64,000 nt of DNA, from NCBI GenBank assembly GCA_963817895.1, contig CAWFQB010000005.1, positions 128,001 through 192,000 of the forward strand. The letters run 5' to 3'. Positions within the stretch are counted from its first letter, which is position 1, and each line of letters opens with the position of its first letter. The notes under the pieces are model-generated. The model did no database searches and was not told the origin of the DNA. It saw only the letters and a list, made by a program, of their open reading frames with translations. This document shows, piece by piece, positions 63,457 to 64,000 of the stretch. A program made the translations under genes and the position numbers. Origin of the DNA: an uncultured Chthonomonadaceae bacterium. Its GTDB lineage: Bacteria > Armatimonadota > Chthonomonadetes > Chthonomonadales > Chthonomonadaceae.

Positions 63457-64000
63457 TCCATTCCGGCTTTCGTTTTTCCAGAAAGGCGCGGATGCCCTCC
63501 TGACCTTCGGGACTGACGCGCAGGGCGGCGATGCAGGCAATGGTGGTTTCCGCCGCTTGTTCCGGCGTGTTATCGGCAATATCGTTCAGCAGGCGTTTGG
63601 CGACGGCGATGGCTTGCGGGCCGGCCTGCAATATCAATTCTATTTTCTTTTGTACAGCCGCGTCCAGTTCGCTAGCAGGCTTGATTTGCTTTGCCAGTCC
63701 GAGCCGCTGCACTGCTTCCAGGCCCATTGACTTTATGTAGTCCTCGTCAGGCGCGACCTGCTGTATTAAACCTAAGCGCAAAGCCTCGTCTGCGCCGAAT
63801 CGTTCGCCTGTTACGAACAACGCCCGTGACGCGCCCATGCCGATTTTTTGCAGCACATACGGCGCGATTACGGCGGGAACCAGACCTAAGCGGACTTCAC
63901 TGAACGCGAATTTTGTGTCGGAGGAGGCAATGGCGATGTCGCAAACCGCTACCAGTCCCGCGCCGCCGCCAATCGCCGCGCCGTGTACCCGCGCAAGGGT
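63449..64000 (-). CDS. Enoyl-CoA hydratase family (methylglutaconyl-CoA hydratase-like), 5' end outside the window
   Basis: GAAIGGGAGLVAVCDIA, FSEVRLGLVPAVI, EGQEGIRAFLEKRKP; upstream of the carboxylase and HMG-CoA lyase. Confidence 0.88.
   Translation of the reverse strand, partial: TLARVHGAAIGGGAGLVAVCDIAIASSDTKFAFSEVRLGLVPAVIAPYVLQKIGMGASRALFVTGERFGADEALRLGLIQQVAPDEDYIKSMGLEAVQRLGLAKQIKPASELDAAVQKKIELILQAGPQAIAVAKRLLNDIADNTPEQAAETTIACIAALRVSPEGQEGIRAFLEKRKPEWSC

Overview
GC-rich bacterial chromosome segment. The gene mix (TIGR02530-type flagellar gene, csaB plus DUF5693, lnt, pseB/pseC, Tricorn-like S41, secreted caspases) suggests a flagellated diderm Terrabacteria organism, probably Armatimonadota (inference). 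Many otherwise intact genes carry frameshifts and two carry single in-frame stops, most likely unpolished long-read errors. Contents in order: sulfatase-like enzyme, MscS, di-haem cytochrome c, GH116-like glycosidase; flagellar genes fliK-flgD-TIGR02530-flgE and motA-motB-fliL around an ankyrin gene; nth; three AAA_35 (STAND-like) NTPase genes fused to SARP/BTAD, TM+WD40 and class III cyclase modules; rsgA, GNAT, NAD kinase, LolA-like, PduO, ferredoxin, PlsC; three signal-peptide caspase (C14) genes fused to PEGA-glutathione peroxidase or FGE-sulfatase domains, followed by a cytochrome c-DUF4384 protein; Tricorn-like protease; VapBC; GNAT; thiolase; lnt; pseBC; a large secreted carbohydrate-active protein; DUF5693-csaB; hemC; leucine-catabolism genes. 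The window also carries many 7-9 bp tandem-repeat hairpins and REP/REPIN-like elements, several inserted in frame inside proteins. No rRNA, tRNA, cas, transposase or reverse transcriptase gene was recognised. The best candidates for an undescribed system are the modular AAA_35 trio, the secreted caspase/redox cluster and the tandem-repeat cassettes.
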